Origin: an uncultured delta proteobacterium
GTDB lineage: Bacteria > Desulfobacterota > Desulfomonilia > UBA1062
Reading direction: 5' to 3'
Length of the DNA: 64,000 nt
Assembly: GCA_963752595.1 (NCBI GenBank)
Contig: CAVVYZ010000016.1
Span: 1-64,000, forward strand
Shown here: positions 59,660 to 64,000 of the stretch, in pieces
Numbering within the stretch: position 1 is the stretch's first letter
How the letters are laid out: the number at the start of each line of letters is the position of its first letter
The notes under the pieces: generated by a model
The model's input: the letters and a program-made list of their open reading frames with translations, nothing else
Told to the model about the DNA's origin: nothing
Databases searched by the model: none
Program-made: the position numbers and the translations under genes

Positions 59660-60591
59660 ACTTTCCTTTCTTTAAGGATGTCCCGGGCTGCCGGCAGTCT
59701 TCGCCGATCTGCTCGATCAGGTATTCCTTGTCGGCAAATTTGATCTCGCCCCGGATATGCTCCACAAATTCGATGGTCAGCTCCGGCCGTAGATATCTCC
59801 TCATCGAAGATCGAAAATGAATGCCTCGATGGAGGTCCCCATGTCTCCGAATGTCGGATTGTTGCCGATGTTCACCACCCCTTCGAGCTATTTGTCCTCG
59901 AGATAGATATACACTGCATACACTCCATAGGCAGGGATGAGCTCTTTGTCGGTCTGAACATTCGCCGTGGGGAAGCCGAGCCTCTGCCCCTGGACATGCC
60001 ATGCACCACCGGCCCATGGATGCCGGAAGGGAAACTTCATGAGCCTCGCCTGCCCCGGCATACATCCCCGGAGAGGATCATCTTTCTGATGTAGGTGCTC
60101 GATATCACGGCCCCCTCGATACATCACCGGATCGACGCATTCCACGAAAAAGCCCATTTTCGCCCCGATGCGTTTCAAGAACGGGATGTCGCCCATGGCC
60201 TTTTTCCCGAACGAGAAGTCATGCCCGACCACCACACCCTGGGCCCCGATCCTTTTCAGATGGTGTCCTTGACAAATATCTCCGGGTTGGTATCCGCAAC
60301 CTCCCGGGTAAAGGGTGCGATGATGAGATAATCCATGCCGAGGCAGCGGATGGCCTCGATCTTTTCTTCCAGGGTAAAGATGAGCTGGGGGGTAACGCCC
60401 TTTATCACCGAGGCGGGGTGCGGGTTGAAGGTATAGACCACCGACACGCCGCCGATGCTTTGCAGCATGCGACCTGACCCTCTGAAAGATCTCCTGATGC
60501 CCGATATGGCAGCCGTCGAAGTTGCCGATCGTCACCACGGCCGTATTAATTTCTCAGGATCGATCCATTCATTGTTCCATATAACTTCCAT
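59660..60591 (-). CDS. ribF: Bifunctional riboflavin kinase/FAD synthetase (frameshifts)
   Basis: VTIGNFDGCHIGHQ, TFNPHP, VVGHDFSFG, LGFPTANV, GVYA, HIRGEIKF. Confidence 0.92.
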
Positions 60592-60663
60592 AGATACGTC
60601 CTTGACTATTTTATGGTTCCCAACTATATATGAAATTCACTAGAGGTTTTCAAGTTCAGTAGT

Positions 60664-60750
60664 GCCGGGATGGCGGAATTGGCAGACGCGCAAGGTTCAG
60701 GACCTTGTGGGTGCAAGCTCGTGCAGGTTCAAGTCCTGTTCCCGGCACCA
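60664..60750 (+). tRNA. tRNA-Leu(CAG)
   Basis: GCCGGGATGGCGGAATTGGCAGACGCGCAAGGTTCAGGACCTTG...GTTCAAGTCCTGTTCCCGGCACCA; long variable arm. Confidence 0.97.
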
Positions 60751-60928
60751 AAGTTTTTCTTTCACTGCACTGAAATTACCCCCGTAATGTATTTTCCCCT
60801 CTATGGCTCGCTCCAAAAACATGATTTGACATTTGATGGTATTTTCTTCAATCAATATGGAAGGCCAGGGGTTTGCGGGTTTTCTCTGCATTCCTGTTCC
60901 CCTAACCCCGCCGGCGCGGAGAGCATGG

Positions 60929-61576
60929 ATGGCACAAACAACAAGTAAAAATGGAGCTTATTCAAGGCTGAAGGGTGATCAGAGGGAGGCCCGGAAGAAT
61001 GCCATCATCGATGCCGCAGAGGAGATATTTGCCTCAAAGCCGTTCAGCAAGGTCAGCATGCGGGATATCGCGAAACAGGCAGGCATTTCTCCGGCGCTGA
61101 TCTATCGCTATTTTCCGGACCAGCAGCACCTGTTTGTCGAGGCATTCTTCAGGGGTGCGGAGCATCTCACCAGGATCTTCGATCGTCTCTTAAGCACGCC
61201 CGGCAGCGACTTTATTGAAGAAGGGGCAAACCGGTTCATCGCCTTTCTCACCGAGCACGAACAGTATTTCAAGATGATGACGCATTTCATGCTCGAAGGT
61301 TCTCTTAATGAGGCCCTTCGGGACAGGCTCAACGACATTGAACGATCCATGCTGGGCCAGTTCGACCGGCTCTTCGAGAAGGCAGGGGCCAAAGGGAATC
61401 CGCGCCTGCTCTCCCATGCGTTTTTCGCCTCGCTGAACGGCATCCTCATTACCTTCAGGCAGCACCCGGGCAGGAGCCCCGAAGAGGTCCGCGAGCATAT
61501 GGACCATGTCGGCCGCATCATTGCACAGCTCTTCACGAACGCGGTCAAACAGGATGATACGGGCATCCCTCGCTAA
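60929..61576 (+). CDS. TetR/AcrR-family transcriptional regulator
   Basis: IIDAAEEIF...VSMRDIAKQAGISPALIYRYF. Confidence 0.92.
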   Translation: MAQTTSKNGAYSRLKGDQREARKNAIIDAAEEIFASKPFSKVSMRDIAKQAGISPALIYRYFPDQQHLFVEAFFRGAEHLTRIFDRLLSTPGSDFIEEGANRFIAFLTEHEQYFKMMTHFMLEGSLNEALRDRLNDIERSMLGQFDRLFEKAGAKGNPRLLSHAFFASLNGILITFRQHPGRSPEEVREHMDHVGRIIAQLFTNAVKQDDTGIPR

Positions 61577-61599
61577 GATGCCAGTTTGCTTCTATGAAG

Positions 61600-63203
61600 T
61601 CATGAAACCGAGTCACCGACCTCTCGAAGAGCAGAGTCCTGGTAGGCATGATAGAGCTCGTGGCAGAAGCTGTCCCACCGGCGGCAGACATCCAGGGTCG
61701 TTTCATCCATGATAAAGAGGTTCGGATGGGCGACGAGCTCCTCCATCTCCGCACCGAGCTTTTTGACTATTTCCTCATCTGCGCCTGCCAGGATGTTTCG
61801 TACGAACTCCGCAGGCGCATACCAGGACGACGCCCGCTGGAAGTCCCGGTGAATCTGGGTCAGGAGCACATTCCGGGGGCCTTCCCAGAGCTCGTTGATG
61901 GCAGAATCCCTGAAAAGCCTGGGCAGGGACGAGAAGTCTTCCATCACGCCGTGGCCGCCGAAGACGGACATGGCCAGTCCGGATGAATCGGTGCAGTCCC
62001 ATGATGCGGCCATCTTCTGGAGCATGATGAGCTCGCGCACGGCGAAACGCTTCTTCTTCATGAGCTTCGGTTTCGTCTGTGACCAGGCCGCCTTTGAGCC
62101 CGCCCTCGAGGCCGAGGAAATCCCTGTAGAGCTTGAAGGCCGCTGCGGTGGTCCTCTTCGCGCTCGTCGATGTGCCGGATCTGGTCCGCCAGCATGGGAA
62201 ACTGACCGATCCTGAAGCCCGAAGGCGTCCCTGAACTCGGCATATCTCTTTGCCTCCCGGACCGCCCTGGTCATGAAGGCTGCGGCGGACAGGCCCACGG
62301 TGAGCCTTGAATAGGTGAGCACGATGCCCACCACGTTGGCCACTCCCCTGTCCAGCGGGCCCACCGGATATGCGACGGCCCCGTTAAAGGTGATCTCCGC
62401 CGTGGTCAGCTCGCTGGTGCCCATCTTCCATTTGATCCGGTCGATGGTGTAGCCGTTCCTGATCTCTTTTTCCTTGTTGCCCGGGCAGCCATGAAGGCAC
62501 CACGAACAGTGCGACCTCTTCCGAACCGGCGGGCTTGGCAGTCACCACTGCATAATCCGCATGGGTGGCGGAGCAGAAGAATTTCTTGCCGTAAAGCTTC
62601 CATGGCCGTCTTCCTGAACCGCCTCCAGGACATTGGAAGGCACATCCGACCCGCCCTGGATCTCGGAAAGGTACTGTGCGCCGATGGCGAAATCGCCGTC
62701 TATGCCTTCCTTGCAATGCTCGAGGATTGCCTTGTCTCAGGGGTGTCTGCGAATTTGTCCAGCAGGGCGACAAGGCCCTCCGTACAGGTGATGGGGCAGG
62801 CGATGCAGGCCTCGCCGTTCTGGTAGATGAGGAACATTTTGGCCAGCCTGAGCCAGGGTGAGGTCTTGCTGGAGAAAAGGGCTTCGGAGAAGATCTCCTT
62901 TTCCATGATCTCTGTCTCGGCGGGCCTGACGATCCGGTCGATCCGGTGGTTGTGGCCGTCATAGTGCATCATGTAGGGCCTGTTCTCGGGCTAGGCAGAT
63001 GGTTTCCGCAAAATCCCTCCACCGGTAGGATACCTTGTCGGACATCCTCAGCAGCTCTTCATGGATGCTCTTCCCAGCCATCGCCGGAGAAATGCTGCAC
63101 CACCTTCTGGAAAAAATCGTCATCGAGGTAATAATTCACCTTGCTCCTCCATCGGAGAAACTCATCGAAAGTAATATGGGTTGTTCCTATCAGGTAATGA
63201 CAT
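61600..63203 (-). CDS. Acyl-CoA dehydrogenase (AidB-like), frameshifts
   Basis: ACPITCTEG, LYGKKFFCSA, KWKMGTSELTTAEI, FGGHGVMEDF..PRLFRD...LWEGPRNV. Confidence 0.88.
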
Positions 63204-63282
63204 TTGTATACCGCTCCTTTTTTTTGGGTGTTCAGAGCACGATTGTAAGCTCAAGAGAAATAATAAGATATTTATTTACAAG

Positions 63283-63299
63283 TGTAAACAGTGTTTACA
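63283..63299. promoter_or_regulatory. Palindromic operator candidate upstream of the acyl-CoA dehydrogenase
   Basis: tgtaaaca-g-tgtttaca in an AT-rich promoter region. Confidence 0.6.
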
Positions 63300-63341
63300 G
63301 ATATTTCAGAAAACGGCCTCGCAGAATGGCACAAATGGGTA

Positions 63342-64000
63342 TTACATCCCTTTGAAGGCCGCCTGGTCATCGAGCCATGTCACAAGCTCGTCCTGGATCG
63401 GCGGGATATACCTCACCGGATATGGCGAATGCGAGGAAGAGTTCGAGGTAAACTCATCATACCACTTCTGCTGGATGGGGATGATCCGGGAGAGGATAAG
63501 GTCTTCCTTCATCCCGAATCTTTTTGCGAGCTCCACCTGCGTAAGGAATACCGGCTTTTCCGAGAGCCCGAGTACGAGATAGCTGAAGAGTGTCGCCTTG
63601 ACGATCCGGATGTTCCTGCCTTCGATACTTCCGCTCCAGGCAGCGGTTATGCCTTTCTCCGATTCGACTTGAGCTTTCAGCCCGTCAAAGTCCTTCCGGG
63701 AAACGTTCGTGCAGAAATCCAGAACCTCGGGTTTTGTGAGGCTCCTGGTAAGAAGGCGCACCTGCCGGTAGGGCCTTAATAGATACATGGGGTTGTCGTA
63801 ATCCTTGAGGATCTGGAGGGAAGGTCTCTTGCCGATTTCGAGAAAATGCCCGTTCACCTTGACTCCCCTCATGTCGTCCCGATGAGAATCGAGAAATTCG
63901 ATCAGGCCGGCAGGGGTGCCTGCATTCGTATATGTCAGGGGGATGATGCCCCGGATCGAGAGCGCCCAGAGAACAGTGACGAGTATGAACCCGGCGCCCA
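63342..64000 (-). CDS. Hypothetical protein (5' end outside the window)
   Basis: Open frame continues to the window edge with a hydrophobic segment (GFILVTVLWAL). Confidence 0.6.
   Translation of the reverse strand, partial: GAGFILVTVLWALSIRGIIPLTYTNAGTPAGLIEFLDSHRDDMRGVKVNGHFLEIGKRPSLQILKDYDNPMYLLRPYRQVRLLTRSLTKPEVLDFCTNVSRKDFDGLKAQVESEKGITAAWSGSIEGRNIRIVKATLFSYLVLGLSEKPVFLTQVELAKRFGMKEDLILSRIIPIQQKWYDEFTSNSSSHSPYPVRYIPPIQDELVTWLDDQAAFKGM

Noticed and set aside
58947-60065. RibF-phosphoesterase fusion suggested by the 372-aa ORF
   Set aside because: A frameshift artefact; the phosphoesterase has its own GTG start at 59657.
57226-60750. Prophage or island integrated at tRNA-Val or tRNA-Leu
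   Set aside because: No integrase next to either tRNA, no duplicated tRNA 3' end noticed, and the flanking genes are housekeeping.
1-64000. CRISPR array or cas genes
   Set aside because: No regularly spaced identical direct repeats. The periodic elements at 14.7-17.5 kb are divergent attC palindromes separated by whole genes.

Overview
GC-rich bacterial sequence, probably from a deltaproteobacterium (Desulfobacterota/Syntrophales-like; inferred from gene content). Clustered single-base frameshifts hit even essential genes (thrS, ribF), so most are probably long-read assembly errors. Layout: (1) 1-14 kb is an accessory region with PAS proteins, rmuC, a molbindin, a nucleotidyltransferase/metallophosphoesterase pair, SUI1, GIY-YIG, a C-N hydrolase, an IS21 remnant, EndoV, RNase D and several gene fragments. 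(2) 14.1-18.5 kb is an AT-rich integron cassette array: five attC sites, no integrase in the window (CALIN-like), carrying HEPN-like, TIR and ART-like cassettes. Its last attC is interrupted by a group II intron 5' remnant, which is itself interrupted by a second group II intron 5' remnant. (3) 18.6-40.7 kb is a type VI secretion locus (tssH,G,F,E,hcp,C,B,A,tagJ,tagF,M,L,K,J) with no vgrG or PAAR. It is headed by two unusual genes, a Zn-finger/pseudokinase-like protein with a tail of repeated ET-x-x-(I/M/L) motifs and an FHA-less TagH-like protein, and followed by an Stv-like gene and a small Cys-rich gene. A small palindromic repeat is inserted in frame in tagJ. (4) 41-50 kb has a thiolase-like gene, a CBS-PAS sigma54 activator, a sigma54-driven acyl-CoA synthetase and an OFA-family MFS transporter. 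(5) 50.7-64 kb is housekeeping: tRNA-Val-thrS-infC-rpmI-rplT-pheS-pheT, HAD, GntR, a phosphoesterase, ribF, tRNA-Leu, TetR and an acyl-CoA dehydrogenase. All family assignments come from motif recognition by eye, not database searches.
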